From the NCBI GenBank assembly GCA_964433635.1, contig CAYSSG010000006.1, positions 1,022 to 65,021 of the forward strand: a stretch of DNA of 64,000 nucleotides. The letters are read 5' to 3'. Positions within the stretch are counted from its first letter, which is position 1. Every line of letters begins with the position of its first letter. The notes beneath the pieces were generated by a model that saw only the letters and a program-made list of their open reading frames with translations, was not told where the DNA came from and searched no databases. Positions 1 through 11,058 of the stretch are shown piece by piece. Position numbers and translations under genes: made by a program. Source of the DNA: an uncultured Atribacterota bacterium. GTDB lineage: Bacteria; Atribacterota; Phoenicimicrobiia; Phoenicimicrobiales; Stramentimicrobiaceae.

Positions 1-74
1 GGGAGCAACCTGGATTCACCTCCTGTCTCCTGAATCAGAAATCTGGACAAAATAACAGGTCAGAAGGTTAACCA

Positions 75-476
75 TTGAAAAAACTTATTCTAAGTTTAAT
101 AAAAAAAGCAACGGATGCCAGATTAAAAGCCTATGCACCCTATTCCAATTTTACGGTTGGTGCTGCGCTCATGACCGATAAAGGTGCTATATTCACCGGT
201 TGTAATATCGAAAATGCTTCCCTGGGACTAAGCATCTGCGCTGAACGAGTAGCCATACAAAAGGCCGTATCTGCAGGATATACCACCTTTAAAGCCTTAG
301 CAGTGGTTTGTGATACCGAAAAACCCTGTTCCCCATGCGGTGCATGCAGACAGGTAATGACAGAATTCTCTCCGGAAATGGATGTGATCATGGTAAATCT
401 TCATCATGATCTAAAAATAATGAAGGCAAAAGAACTACTTCCTGATGCATTTTCGGATCATGATGTCAAAGAATGA
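75..476 (+). CDS. cdd: cytidine deaminase (homotetrameric type), TTG start
   Basis: CxE and PCGACRQ zinc motifs. Collinear with B. subtilis Cdd (YAPYS, CNIENA). RBS-like GAAGG 6 nt upstream. Confidence 0.9.
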   Translation: MKKLILSLIKKATDARLKAYAPYSNFTVGAALMTDKGAIFTGCNIENASLGLSICAERVAIQKAVSAGYTTFKALAVVCDTEKPCSPCGACRQVMTEFSPEMDVIMVNLHHDLKIMKAKELLPDAFSDHDVKE

Positions 477-615
477 AAAGCGTGCAAACCTCTGAAAATG
501 CTAAATCGATTTGATATATGAATGCCCCTCTAATTTAGACCGGTAAGATCATATTATGATTCCCAATTGGGAATGAAATTAGTAAAATTTAGGACAGGAG
601 CTTGATAATATTCTT

Positions 616-1389
616 ATGAATCGACTCTTTCAGACAGACGGAATCATACTGAAAAGCATGAAATTGAATGAATCTGACAAAATTGTAACGATCTTTTCCA
701 AAAATTACGGAAAAATCAGAGCCATCGTAAAGGGAATCAGGAAAACAAAGAGTCATTTTGGCAGCAGCATGGAGAACCTGACCATGGTGAAATTATTGGT
801 CTTTAAAGGAAAAAATCTAAGCATTGTCAGCCAGGCAGAAATCATTCACTCATTTTTCCAATATTGTAAAGATTTAAAACGTTTTGGTTTAGCAATTCAA
901 TGTGCAGAATTAGTTGATAAGCTGTCAGCTGAAGAGGATCCTAATCATTCTATCTATGAATTGTTGAAAACTGTCTTGATATTGTTACAAGATGATAAAA
1001 ATCCCGTACTTCTGGTTGAATCATTTAAATGGAAACTCTTCATGATATTGGGCTATCAACCGGAATTAATAAGATGTATTCAATGTAAGCGGCAGATTCC
1101 GAAATTACCATCCTATATTTTTGACATAGAAAAAGGAGGTCTCATCTGCTCAGCCCATCAGGAGATCAACAGTCATTTTCAGACTACCATCAGCGATTAT
1201 GGCTTAAGATTATTAAAAAGAATCATGGATGTCGATTTAGCTGATATTCATAATAAGGCAATTCATCAATCGGGATTAGTGGAATTGATTAGAATAACTG
1301 ATCAATTTATGAACTATCACTTTGATATTGAAAATCAAAGTAAACAGTTTTTAAACAAAATAAAATTATTGGCAGAAAAAGAACAATAA
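616..1389 (+). CDS. recO: DNA repair protein RecO
   Basis: 257 aa. N-terminal OB fold plus C-terminal CxxC...CxxH zinc motif (CIQCKRQ...CSAHQ). Conserved position upstream of glyQS. Confidence 0.85.
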   Translation: MNRLFQTDGIILKSMKLNESDKIVTIFSKNYGKIRAIVKGIRKTKSHFGSSMENLTMVKLLVFKGKNLSIVSQAEIIHSFFQYCKDLKRFGLAIQCAELVDKLSAEEDPNHSIYELLKTVLILLQDDKNPVLLVESFKWKLFMILGYQPELIRCIQCKRQIPKLPSYIFDIEKGGLICSAHQEINSHFQTTISDYGLRLLKRIMDVDLADIHNKAIHQSGLVELIRITDQFMNYHFDIENQSKQFLNKIKLLAEKEQ

Positions 1390-1418
1390 ATCTCACCTAA
1401 AAAATGAGATTAAAATTT
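1390..1418 (+). terminator. intrinsic terminator after recO (atctca-N9-tgagat followed by T-rich tract)
   Basis: 6-bp stem hairpin followed by taaaattttattctttc. Confidence 0.5.
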
Positions 1419-1449
1419 TATTCTTTCGCCAGATGATAATGATTCTTTT

Positions 1450-1478
1450 TTGACAACATAAAATGATTTTGCTATATT
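1450..1478 (+). promoter_or_regulatory. sigma-A-type promoter for glyQS (TTGACA-17 nt-TATATT)
   Basis: Exact -35 consensus at 1450-1455, 17-nt spacer, -10 TATATT at 1473-1478, about 100 nt upstream of the glyQ start. Confidence 0.6.
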
Positions 1479-1578
1479 AATAAAAATAATGAGTCCCTCT
1501 CAATAGAAAATTGACAGGAATAAAAACAATATAGGGCTAGAGAGGGATTTTATTTATATTAGGTAAGGAGAGTATCAT

Positions 1579-2466
1579 TTGCATATTCAGGAAATCATCT
1601 TTAATTTGGAAAATTATTGGGGTAAGAAAGGTTGCATTATATTGACCCCCTACGATATTGAAGTAGGTGCCGGTACAATGAATCCGGCTACATTTTTACG
1701 GGTTCTGGGCCCTGAACCATGGAAGACAGCCTACGTGGAACCTTCCAGAAGACCGGCAGATGGACGATATGGTGAAAATCCGAATCGTGTTCAACAACAT
1801 TATCAGTTTCAGGTCATTATTAAACCATCCCCGGAAGATATTCAAAATCAATATCTTGAAAGCCTTGAAAGGATTGGCATTTCCCGTTCGGAACATGATA
1901 TACGTTTCATGGAAGGTGATTGGGAAGCCCCAACCCTGGGTGCCTGGGGCTTAGGTTGGGAAGTAATATTAGATGGATTAGAAATCACACAATTTACCTA
2001 TTTCCAACAGGCTGGTGGTATTGACCTGAATCCCATACCAATCGAAATAACCTACGGAATTGAACGATTGGCAATGGTAGTGCAGCACAAGGAAAACATA
2101 TACGACCTGCTCTGGAATAAAGATATTACTTATGGTGAAATACAGCATCAGGTAGAAGTTGAGCAGTCAAAGTACAATTTTGAAGAATCAAATATAGAGA
2201 TGCTATTCGGTCTGTTTAGAATATATGAACAAGAAGCCATAGCACTCTTATCAAAAAAATTACCGATTCCAGCTTATGACTATACCTTAAAATGCTCTCA
2301 CACCTTTAATCTTCTGGAGGCCAGAGGAGCGATCAGTGTTACCGAAAGGACAGGTTATATAACGAGAGTAAGGGAATTAGCTAAACTCTGTGCCCAAAAC
2401 TATATTGAACAGAGGGAGATACTGGGATATCCCCTTTTAAAAGAGGGACGTACCATAAATGAATAG
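1579..2466 (+). CDS. glyQ: glycyl-tRNA synthetase alpha subunit (TTG start)
   Basis: 295 aa. Strong similarity to GlyQ ([22 protein letters not shown]). RBS AAGGAG 6 nt upstream. Confidence 0.95.
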   Translation: MHIQEIIFNLENYWGKKGCIILTPYDIEVGAGTMNPATFLRVLGPEPWKTAYVEPSRRPADGRYGENPNRVQQHYQFQVIIKPSPEDIQNQYLESLERIGISRSEHDIRFMEGDWEAPTLGAWGLGWEVILDGLEITQFTYFQQAGGIDLNPIPIEITYGIERLAMVVQHKENIYDLLWNKDITYGEIQHQVEVEQSKYNFEESNIEMLFGLFRIYEQEAIALLSKKLPIPAYDYTLKCSHTFNLLEARGAISVTERTGYITRVRELAKLCAQNYIEQREILGYPLLKEGRTINE

Positions 2467-4588
2467 GTTCATTTTAGAGATAGGAACAGAAGAAATACCT
2501 TCCATCTATATTGACAAAACCTTGAATGATTTAAAAGACAATATGATGAAAGAGTTACAACAGCTTCGTATTGAATACCACCTGGTTCAGGCATACGGTA
2601 CACCCAGACGATTAATTGTATATATTGATGATATCAGTGTCGAACAAAAGGATACCCTTCAGAAGATAAAGGGTCCTTCCAAAGCAATTGCCTTTGATAA
2701 AGACGGAAATCCCTCAATATCTGCTATTAAATTCGCCCAGGCAAATCAGTTAACTCTGAAAGACCTGGTTACTGAATATACCGACAAAGGTGAATACCTG
2801 TTTGTTCAGAAAAGAATCAAGGGCAAGAAAACAGAATCATTGTTACCGGAAATCTGTCTGAAAATCATTTCCAATATTACCTTTCCCAAGTCCATGAGAT
2901 GGGGAAAGACCTCTTTTCGTTTTATCAGACCGATAAGATGGTTATTAGCCCTGTATAATGATAACATGATTCCCTTTACATTAGCGACCATTCATTCTGG
3001 TTGCACCACTTTTGGCCATCGATTACTCTCTCCCAATTCAGCAACAGTCATTTCTGTGGGTGATTATTTCAAAATCATAAGAAATTGTTTTGTGATTATC
3101 GATCCTGTAGAAAGAAAGAAGATGATTTTTGAGCAAATGATTCAGCTGATTCGCCAATATCATGGCAAGGAACTTATAGATGAATCACTGTTGGAGGAAG
3201 TGAAAAATCTGGTAGAATATCCTAAGGTTCTATTAGGCCATTTTCACAAAAATTATCTGAAATTACCTTCCGAAGTATTAAAGGCAGTTATGATCAGACA
3301 TCAAAAATATTTTCCAATATACTCTGAGGATGGTCAGTTATTGCCTCATTTTTTAGTAGTCATCAACGGAAACAAAGAAAGATATAAGGATACAATTATT
3401 CAGGGGAATGAAAGGGTATTGAAAGCCAGATTGGAAGATGCCCGGTTTTTCTATCAGGAAGACCAGAAGGTTAGCGATAAAAAGGTAAAGCCACTGGATA
3501 AAAACGTGGAAAAGTTAAAACAGGTTACCTATCAGGAAAACCTGGGTAGCATTTATGATAAAGTAGAAAGGCTCGTTGCATTGACTAAAAAAATGGGTGA
3601 AATGCTCCAGATTGACACTCACGTATCAAAGATACTGCGACGTTCTGCTCAGCTATGCAAATCTGACCTGGTTACTGAGATGGTAAAGGAATTCCCTGAG
3701 TTACAGGGAATCATGGGAAAAGAATATGCCCTCTTGCAGGGAGAAGATCATCAGGTAGCTGAAACGATTTATGAACAATATCTGCCCAGATTTTCAGGTG
3801 ATAACCTGCCTAAAACATTAAGCGGCAGCATACTGAGTATAGTTGATAAACTGGATCATATTATTTCCTGTTTTAGCAATGATATCATTCCCGATGGTTC
3901 TCAGGATCCCTACGCTTTAAGAAGACAATCGTTGGGAATTCTCAATATTACAGTTCTTAATAAAATGGATTTTTCTCTGGATCAATTGATAGATTTCAAT
4001 ATCAAGCTCATGTCTGGAAATAATCATTATCAAAACCAGCATAAAACTGGAACAGAAGAGACTATCAATCAGAAGATCAAATATTTTATCCTGCAGCGTT
4101 TTCGTTATCTTCTCCTGGAAAAAAATTATGAGTATGATATCGTCGATGCTGTCTTATCAAAGAATCCAGAGAGTATGATGGATATATTATCTCGAATTAT
4201 GGTCATTCAAAGAATCTATCACCTTCCGAAATTCAATAAAATTATTACTGCTGCAACCAGGACATCTAATTTATCTAAAAACTTCCGTAAAATGAAAATA
4301 AACAGTAGCATTTTTCAAGAAAAAGAGGAGCATGTGCTCTATGACTGTTATCTAGCAGCGAAACAAAAGATTGAAAAAGCCATCATTCATAAACAATATG
4401 AGGAGGTTTTTGAGCAACTGGCCCTGATAAGTGCACCAATCGATCAATATTTTGATCATGTTTTAGTCATGGATAAAAATGAAAAAATCCGCAATAACCG
4501 ATTAGCTTTACTACAGGAAATAACCGGATTGTACTATTCAGCGGCAGATTTATCAAAGATTGCACTTGCCAAAGGAAACGTCAAATAA
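2459..4588 (+). CDS. glyS: glycyl-tRNA synthetase beta subunit
   Basis: 709 aa. Overlaps glyQ stop by 8 nt (translational coupling). GlyS-like N-terminus [11 protein letters not shown]. Confidence 0.95.
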   Translation: MNRFILEIGTEEIPSIYIDKTLNDLKDNMMKELQQLRIEYHLVQAYGTPRRLIVYIDDISVEQKDTLQKIKGPSKAIAFDKDGNPSISAIKFAQANQLTLKDLVTEYTDKGEYLFVQKRIKGKKTESLLPEICLKIISNITFPKSMRWGKTSFRFIRPIRWLLALYNDNMIPFTLATIHSGCTTFGHRLLSPNSATVISVGDYFKIIRNCFVIIDPVERKKMIFEQMIQLIRQYHGKELIDESLLEEVKNLVEYPKVLLGHFHKNYLKLPSEVLKAVMIRHQKYFPIYSEDGQLLPHFLVVINGNKERYKDTIIQGNERVLKARLEDARFFYQEDQKVSDKKVKPLDKNVEKLKQVTYQENLGSIYDKVERLVALTKKMGEMLQIDTHVSKILRRSAQLCKSDLVTEMVKEFPELQGIMGKEYALLQGEDHQVAETIYEQYLPRFSGDNLPKTLSGSILSIVDKLDHIISCFSNDIIPDGSQDPYALRRQSLGILNITVLNKMDFSLDQLIDFNIKLMSGNNHYQNQHKTGTEETINQKIKYFILQRFRYLLLEKNYEYDIVDAVLSKNPESMMDILSRIMVIQRIYHLPKFNKIITAATRTSNLSKNFRKMKINSSIFQEKEEHVLYDCYLAAKQKIEKAIIHKQYEEVFEQLALISAPIDQYFDHVLVMDKNEKIRNNRLALLQEITGLYYSAADLSKIALAKGNVK

Positions 4589-4688
4589 ATTTACTTGAAA
4601 TCATCATATCTTTTCTATTTTTAGAAAGAAATATTCAGAAAACATTTTTAATTTATCAATACTTTAATTGAAAGGAGAAGTCATAACA

Positions 4689-7337
4689 ATGAAGAAGTAT
4701 ATTTATTACTTTGATGAAGGTAATAAGGATATGAAAAGATTATTAGGAGGAAAAGGGGCTAATCTGGCAGAGATGACAAAAATGAGCTTACCAGTGCCCC
4801 AGGGATTTACCATTACAGCAGAAGCCTGTATTGAATACACAAATGGGAACAAAAAATTCCCCGAGGGTTTGCTACAGCAAATTGAAGAAAACTTGAAAAA
4901 ATTAGAGGAAAAAAGTGGTAAAAAACTGGGAGATCCTGACAATCCTCTATTGGTTTCTGTCCGCTCAGGTGCTGCAATTTCCATGCCTGGAATGATGGAT
5001 ACTATTTTGAATTTAGGGTTAAATGAAGAGACCATCCAGGGATTGATCCTAAAAACCCAGGATGAACGATTTGCCTATGACAGTTATCGAAGATTCATTC
5101 AAATGTTCGGCAATGTAGTTATGGGTATCAAAGGTGAACATTTTGAAGAAATACTGGAAAAAATGAAAGCAAAACAGAAAATTGAGATTGATGCTGAAAT
5201 CAACGTCGAAGGTTTAAAAGAAGTTGTCAAACAATACAAAATCCTGGTATTTAAAGAAATGGAACAAAAATTTCCTGATGATCCGCAGAAACAGCTCCTT
5301 ATGGCTATTGAGGCGGTCTTCAGTTCATGGGATAACAAACGTGCAGTTACCTATAGACGCATCAACAGAATTCCGGATGATTTGGGAACTGCTGTTAATG
5401 TTCAGGAGATGGTTTTTGGAAATATGGGATACGATTCTGGCACAGGAGTAGGTTTTACCCGGAATCCTTCCACCGGTGAAAAAGAAAACTATGGTGAGTA
5501 CCTCCTGAACGCCCAGGGCGAGGATGTTGTATCCGGAATAAGAACACCAAAGCATCTGGATGAGTTGATAAAGGATATGCCTTCCGTACATAAAGAGTTA
5601 ATCAGGATAGTCAAAACACTGGAAAATAATTATAAGGATGTGCAAGACTACGAATTTACCATAGAAAAAGGGAAGTTATACCTCCTACAGACCCGATCAG
5701 GTAAACGTACAGCTCAAGCAGCATTAAAAATTGCGGTTGACATGGTTGATGAAGGAATCATTAATAAGAAGACCGCTGTGAATAGAATTGAGCCAAATCA
5801 ACTCAATCAGCTACTTCATCGCAGAATTGATCCAGGTGCTGAAATAGAATCCATTGCCAAAGGCTTACCTGCTTCTCCAGGTGCTGCATCCGGAAAAGTC
5901 GTTTTTACTGCTGATGAAGCAGAAGAAATGGGTAAAAAGGGAGAAGATGTGATTTTGGTTAGAACGGAAACGACTCCTGATGACATCCACGGAATGGTTG
6001 AAGCAAAAGGTACCCTGACAAGTAGAGGAGGCATGACCAGTCATGCAGCGGTTGTGGCAAGAGGAATGGGTATGCCCTGTGTAGCAGGTTGTAGTGAGAT
6101 TATCATTAATTCTAAAAAAGAAATTTTTATTGCAAATAATAAAACAATAAAAAAAGGCGATTATATCACGATAGACGGGGGAAGCGGACAGGTGTTTGAA
6201 GGCAAGGTTCCCATGATAGAGCCTAAAATGAGCAAAGAATTCAAACTTTTACTTTCCTGGGCTGACGAAATCAGGAAATTAGGGGTATATGCCAATGCGG
6301 ATACACCGGAAGATGCCAGGAAAGCCAGAGAATTAGGAGCAGAAGGAATCGGTTTATGTCGAACAGAACACATGTTCATGGCACCTGAACGTTTGCCGAT
6401 TGTTCAGGCTATGATTATTGCTGATACCAAAGAATCCAGGGAAAAAGAATTAGAAAAATTGCTGCCTATGCAAAAGAGTGATTTCTTGGGAATTTTAAAG
6501 GCTATGCAGGGATTACCTGTTATTATCCGGTTGCTCGATCCACCCTTACATGAATTCTTACCAAGTTTTGAGGAGACATTAGTGGCAGTTACCACTTTGA
6601 GATTACAGAAGCCTCAAGATGAAACAGAATTGGAAAAACAGGAGAAAATTTTAGATAGAATCAGGATGCTGCAGGAGATGAATCCTATGTTAGGACTAAG
6701 AGGATGCCGTTTAGGCTTATTATATCCTGAAATCTATGAAATGCAAGCCAAAGCAATTATTGAAGCCAGTGTGGAATTGACGAAACAGGGAATAGACATC
6801 AAACCGGAAATTATGATTCCCCTGGTTGGACATTTAAATGAATTAAAACCGATCTATGACCGTACAAAAAAGCTGGCAGAAGAAATGATAAAAAGAGAGA
6901 AGGTTGCTTTGGAATATAAAATTGGCACGATGATTGAATTGCCCAGAGCAGCCCTGACAGCCGACAAAATAGCTGAATATGCCGAATTTTTCTCCTATGG
7001 CACCAATGATCTAACACAAACCACTTTTGGTATCAGTCGGGATGATGCAGAAGGTAAATTCTTATTAAAATATGTGGAAGAAGGTATTTTGAAAGATAAT
7101 CCATTTGAAGTGCTTGATACAGAAGGGGTGGGTAAATTAGTTCAAATCGGGGTGGAATTGGGTCGTAAAACAAATCCTAATCTGGAAATTGGTATCTGCG
7201 GTGAACATGGCGGCGAACCTCAGTCTGTTGAATTTTGTCACCAGTCAGGACTAAATTATGTGAGCTGTTCACCCTTCAGGGTACCCATTGCTCGATTAGC
7301 AGCAGCCCAGGCAGTATTAAAAGAACAGACTAATTAA
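4689..7337 (+). CDS. ppdK: pyruvate, phosphate dikinase (the ORF track starts at TTG 4668; ATG 4689 preferred)
   Basis: PEP-utilising motifs (GGxTSHAAVVARGMGxPCV, catalytic His), ATP-grasp N-terminal domain. RBS AAAGGAGAAG sits 8 nt before ATG 4689. Confidence 0.95.
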   Translation: MKKYIYYFDEGNKDMKRLLGGKGANLAEMTKMSLPVPQGFTITAEACIEYTNGNKKFPEGLLQQIEENLKKLEEKSGKKLGDPDNPLLVSVRSGAAISMPGMMDTILNLGLNEETIQGLILKTQDERFAYDSYRRFIQMFGNVVMGIKGEHFEEILEKMKAKQKIEIDAEINVEGLKEVVKQYKILVFKEMEQKFPDDPQKQLLMAIEAVFSSWDNKRAVTYRRINRIPDDLGTAVNVQEMVFGNMGYDSGTGVGFTRNPSTGEKENYGEYLLNAQGEDVVSGIRTPKHLDELIKDMPSVHKELIRIVKTLENNYKDVQDYEFTIEKGKLYLLQTRSGKRTAQAALKIAVDMVDEGIINKKTAVNRIEPNQLNQLLHRRIDPGAEIESIAKGLPASPGAASGKVVFTADEAEEMGKKGEDVILVRTETTPDDIHGMVEAKGTLTSRGGMTSHAAVVARGMGMPCVAGCSEIIINSKKEIFIANNKTIKKGDYITIDGGSGQVFEGKVPMIEPKMSKEFKLLLSWADEIRKLGVYANADTPEDARKARELGAEGIGLCRTEHMFMAPERLPIVQAMIIADTKESREKELEKLLPMQKSDFLGILKAMQGLPVIIRLLDPPLHEFLPSFEETLVAVTTLRLQKPQDETELEKQEKILDRIRMLQEMNPMLGLRGCRLGLLYPEIYEMQAKAIIEASVELTKQGIDIKPEIMIPLVGHLNELKPIYDRTKKLAEEMIKREKVALEYKIGTMIELPRAALTADKIAEYAEFFSYGTNDLTQTTFGISRDDAEGKFLLKYVEEGILKDNPFEVLDTEGVGKLVQIGVELGRKTNPNLEIGICGEHGGEPQSVEFCHQSGLNYVSCSPFRVPIARLAAAQAVLKEQTN

Positions 7338-7395
7338 CTGAATACACTATATACCTTATACATAATACATATACAAAGATTATTATTTCTAAAGT

Positions 7396-7436
7396 AGGTG
7401 GTTTCCCTCTTAAGGTCAAAATTTGGGAAACCACCT
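7396..7436 (+). terminator. 12-bp perfect hairpin downstream of ppdK (aggtggtttccc-N17-gggaaaccacct)
   Basis: Perfect inverted repeat seen directly. The downstream T-tract is weak. Confidence 0.5.
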
Positions 7437-7540
7437 TGTAATTTGACGGGTAATAGAATAGAATAAAATGGATTATTATTTCTATTTTGATATTCTGCAT
7501 AAAATAAGTTTGACCTGTAAAACATTTAATCAAAAGGAGC

Positions 7541-9517
7541 ATGGTAAATATGTTGGTAATAAAGGTGATGATTATCTTAAGTGGTGTAATATCTTTACTG
7601 TATGCCATAATACTTGCTAAACGAGTCCTGGCAGAAAAAGAAGGAAATGAATTAATGCAACAGCTTTCCCACTCCATTGAAAGAGGAGCAATGACTTTTC
7701 TTAAAAGAGAATACTCTTTTTTAGTATTCTTTGTAGCTATTATTACCTTAATTATCATTTATGTTCGAGGTAATGTTACGGGCATTTCATTTGTATTCGG
7801 TGCTGTATCTTCAGCACTGTCTGGATTTATAGGTATGAAGATTGCCACGAAAGCGAATACCAGAACCACCTTTGCCGCTCAGGAATCAGGCTTAACAAAG
7901 GCATTAAAAGTAGCTTTTTCAGGAGGGGCGGTAATGGGCATGTCTGTTGCCGGTTTCGGTTTAATAGGTTTAGGCCTTTTATATTATCTTTATGAAGATC
8001 CAAATTTAATCAATGGATTTGCATTAGGGGCAAGTTCAATTGCCTTATTTGCCAGAGTAGGCGGAGGTATCTATACCAAAGCAGCAGACGTGGGAGCTGA
8101 TTTGGTCGGGAAAGTTGAAGCAGGAATTCCGGAAGATGATCCCAGGAATCCTGCGGTGATTGCAGATAATGTAGGTGATAATGTTGGAGATGTTGCCGGT
8201 ATGGGCGCTGATTTGTTTGAATCCTACGTAGGATCCATTGTATCCTGTATGATCCTGGGTAGTTTATTGTATGATTCAATAAATTATATTATCTATCCAT
8301 TGATACTTGCTTCATGTGGTATCATTTCAACCATTATTGCCACCTTTTTTATATCGCCAAAAGACAATAAAAGTATTCACAAAGCCTTGAATCAGGGAAC
8401 CTATATCAGCGGCATATTAGTGATAATCTCGTCGATAATATTGTCCTACGCGCTCTTTGGAAACATATCAGTATTTTTAGCAACCGCATCAGGATTGATT
8501 GCCGGCGTAGTTATCGGTTTGACTACAGAATATTTTACTTCTTATGATTATACTCCGGTTAAAAAAATAGCTGAAGCTTCCTTAACAGGAGCCGCGACTA
8601 CAATCATTCAAGGATTAGCTGTAGGAATGAAAAGTACAGCTCTGCCTGTTGTTATTATTGCTTTTGCTATCTATATATCTCACTATTTTGCAGGTTTATA
8701 TGGTATTTCTGTCGCAGCAGTTGGAATGCTTTCGATTGTAGCCATGACAGTTTCAGTTGATTCCTACGGTCCAATAGCCGATAATGCAGGTGGTATTGCG
8801 GAAATGGCAGGTTTAAGTCCTGAGGTGCGAAAAATTACTGATTCTTTAGATGCAGTCGGGAATACCACAGCAGCAATCGGCAAAGGATTTGCTATCGGTT
8901 CAGCTGCTTTGACTGCCCTTGCTCTGTTTTCCGCTTACAGCAAATCTGTAAACTTAAGTATAATCAGCATCACTGATCCAATGGTGATAATCGGAATATT
9001 CATTGGAGGGATATTACCTTTTTTATTTTCTTCCATGACCATAGAAGCTGTTGGAAAAACCGCTTCGTTAATGATAGATGAGGTAAGGAGGCAATTTAGA
9101 GAAATTCCAGGTTTAAAAGATGGCAAAGCCAGACCTGAACCAGAAAAATGTGTTGATATAAGTACAAAAGGGGCACTGAAAGAGATGATTATCCCGGGAT
9201 TAATGGCAGTGATAGTCCCTATTTTGGTAGGAATATTGCTCGGTCCCGAAGCGCTTGGAGGCTTATTATTGGGTTCTGTCGTTGTAGGTGTGTTCCTGGC
9301 AATCATGATGGCTAATGCCGGTGGTGCCTGGGACAATGCTAAAAAATATATTGAGAAGGGAAATTATGGTGGAAAAAATTCTCCCGCACATCAGGCTGGT
9401 GTCATTGGGGATACAGTAGGGGATCCTCTCAAAGATACTGCAGGCCCTTCTATGAATATTTTAATAAAAGTCATGTCTATTGTGTCTCTGGTTTTTATAC
9501 CCTTATTTTTAGAATAG
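7541..9517 (+). CDS. hppA: membrane-bound K+-dependent-type pyrophosphatase (H+- or Na+-translocating); start may be ATG 7550
   Basis: About 16 TM helices, conserved [11 protein letters not shown] and GDNVGD motifs. [10 protein letters not shown] has Ala at the K+-dependence determinant. Confidence 0.95.
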   Translation: MVNMLVIKVMIILSGVISLLYAIILAKRVLAEKEGNELMQQLSHSIERGAMTFLKREYSFLVFFVAIITLIIIYVRGNVTGISFVFGAVSSALSGFIGMKIATKANTRTTFAAQESGLTKALKVAFSGGAVMGMSVAGFGLIGLGLLYYLYEDPNLINGFALGASSIALFARVGGGIYTKAADVGADLVGKVEAGIPEDDPRNPAVIADNVGDNVGDVAGMGADLFESYVGSIVSCMILGSLLYDSINYIIYPLILASCGIISTIIATFFISPKDNKSIHKALNQGTYISGILVIISSIILSYALFGNISVFLATASGLIAGVVIGLTTEYFTSYDYTPVKKIAEASLTGAATTIIQGLAVGMKSTALPVVIIAFAIYISHYFAGLYGISVAAVGMLSIVAMTVSVDSYGPIADNAGGIAEMAGLSPEVRKITDSLDAVGNTTAAIGKGFAIGSAALTALALFSAYSKSVNLSIISITDPMVIIGIFIGGILPFLFSSMTIEAVGKTASLMIDEVRRQFREIPGLKDGKARPEPEKCVDISTKGALKEMIIPGLMAVIVPILVGILLGPEALGGLLLGSVVVGVFLAIMMANAGGAWDNAKKYIEKGNYGGKNSPAHQAGVIGDTVGDPLKDTAGPSMNILIKVMSIVSLVFIPLFLE

Positions 9518-9616
9518 ATGAATCATCTAAGATATCTTTAACTATTTTGTTATGCGATCTGGCAAATAATAAAATAATCAGGCGCTGGATTTTATTTCTC
9601 TGAATTTCTCCATTCC

Positions 9617-10945
9617 ATGATGAATATGATTGATATTATTGAGAAGAAAAAACATAAGAAAGAGCTATCTGACCCGGAGATTCAATTCTTTATTAATGAG
9701 TATTTACTTGATCATATTCCAGACTATCAGATATCTGCATTGCTTATGGCTATCTGGTTTAATGGCATGACCGAGCGTGAGATTAATGTTCTGACCATGG
9801 CAATGGCTGAATCCGGTTCAATTTTAGATCTGAGCTCCATATCAGGAATCAAAGTGGATAAACATAGTACAGGGGGTGTAGGAGATAAAACCACTTTGGC
9901 TCTACTTCCCATGGTTGCTGCAGCGGGTGTTCCGGTACCGAAAATATCAGGACGGGGGTTAGGTCATACTGGTGGAACGATTGATAAGTTAGAATCTATT
10001 ACCGATTTTAAAACCAATCTTTCTGTACATCGATTTATTGAAATTGTTAAAATGACTAATACAGCTATTATCAGCACCAACATAGATCTGGCACCGGCAG
10101 ATAAAAAATTATATGCCCTGCGGGATGTAACTGGTACAATTGATTCAATTCCCCTCATCGCCAGCAGTATCATGAGCAAAAAAATTGCAGGAGGTGCAGA
10201 TGCTTTTGTTCTGAATGTTACAGTAGGCAAAGGAGCATTCATCAGACGATTTTCCGATGCAGTGTCTTTAGGAGAGATCATGGTAAACATTGGAAAAAAT
10301 AATCATAAAAACACGCATGTCATTATTTCTTCAATGGATCAACCACTGGGACATGCAATCGGTAACTCATTAGAGGTTAGGGAAGCCATCCACTTGTTGA
10401 ATAACCAGGGACCTGATGATTTAAAAGAAATTTGTCTTTATCTTGGTTCATATATGCTAATTGCCGGAGGAATCGTTCAACAGCCACAGGAGGGAATGAT
10501 AAAATTAACACAGGTCTTAGAAGATGGTTCTGCTCTACATAAACTGATGGATATGGTCAAAGCTCAAAATGGTGATACAAGACAAATAAAGAATCCTGAC
10601 TTGCTTCCCAAAGCAAGGTATCAAGAAAATATCATATCAGATAAAAAGGGTTATATCAGCAAGATCGATGCCCGTTTAATAGGCGAAGCCTCTATGCTCC
10701 TGGGAGCGGGCAGGAAGAAGAAAGGTGACCTGATTGATTTAGCTGTAGGAATGATTTTAAAAAAGAAATCTGGCCATCAGTTAGAAGCCGGAGAAGCTGT
10801 AGCGACAGTATATTTTAATGACCAGGAAAAGTTTAAGATAGCCAAAGAGTTAATTCAGAATGCTTTCGTCATTTCCGAGAAAGAACCGGATAAATTTCCT
10901 TTAATATTAGCAGTTATTAACCGGGATGGAATTGTGAAATTCTAA
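9617..10945 (+). CDS. pdp: pyrimidine-nucleoside (thymidine) phosphorylase
   Basis: 442 aa. Glycosyltransferase family 3 motifs (DKHSTGGVGDK, TGGTIDKLES). Confidence 0.9.
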   Translation: MMNMIDIIEKKKHKKELSDPEIQFFINEYLLDHIPDYQISALLMAIWFNGMTEREINVLTMAMAESGSILDLSSISGIKVDKHSTGGVGDKTTLALLPMVAAAGVPVPKISGRGLGHTGGTIDKLESITDFKTNLSVHRFIEIVKMTNTAIISTNIDLAPADKKLYALRDVTGTIDSIPLIASSIMSKKIAGGADAFVLNVTVGKGAFIRRFSDAVSLGEIMVNIGKNNHKNTHVIISSMDQPLGHAIGNSLEVREAIHLLNNQGPDDLKEICLYLGSYMLIAGGIVQQPQEGMIKLTQVLEDGSALHKLMDMVKAQNGDTRQIKNPDLLPKARYQENIISDKKGYISKIDARLIGEASMLLGAGRKKKGDLIDLAVGMILKKKSGHQLEAGEAVATVYFNDQEKFKIAKELIQNAFVISEKEPDKFPLILAVINRDGIVKF

Positions 10946-11058
10946 CAATTAATCATCAGTACGCTGATTTATATAGAAAACTCTTTTTAGAAAGATTTGA
11001 TTACATTCATTTTTTATTCCCGATACAGAGTGTTATCAGTAATTTAGAGTAAAGCGAT

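Noticed and set aside
1-74. The 5' end of the window contains GGATTCACCTCCT, which resembles the 3' end of 16S rRNA (GGATCACCTCCTT, anti-Shine-Dalgarno).
   Set aside because: Only a 12-nt partial match with a mismatch. It is followed by ordinary protein-coding context (cdd) rather than an ITS, tRNAs or 23S. All three forward frames hit stops, consistent with the tail of an upstream gene or spacer.
7330-7758. 142-aa antisense ORF overlapping the ppdK-hppA spacer and hppA start. Similar antisense ORFs lie inside tsf (44724..45155), dxr (48370..48855), glyS, smc, topA and others.
   Set aside because: No RBS, low-complexity or hydrophobic translations. They overlap strongly conserved genes on the opposite strand. 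Typical spurious ORFs.
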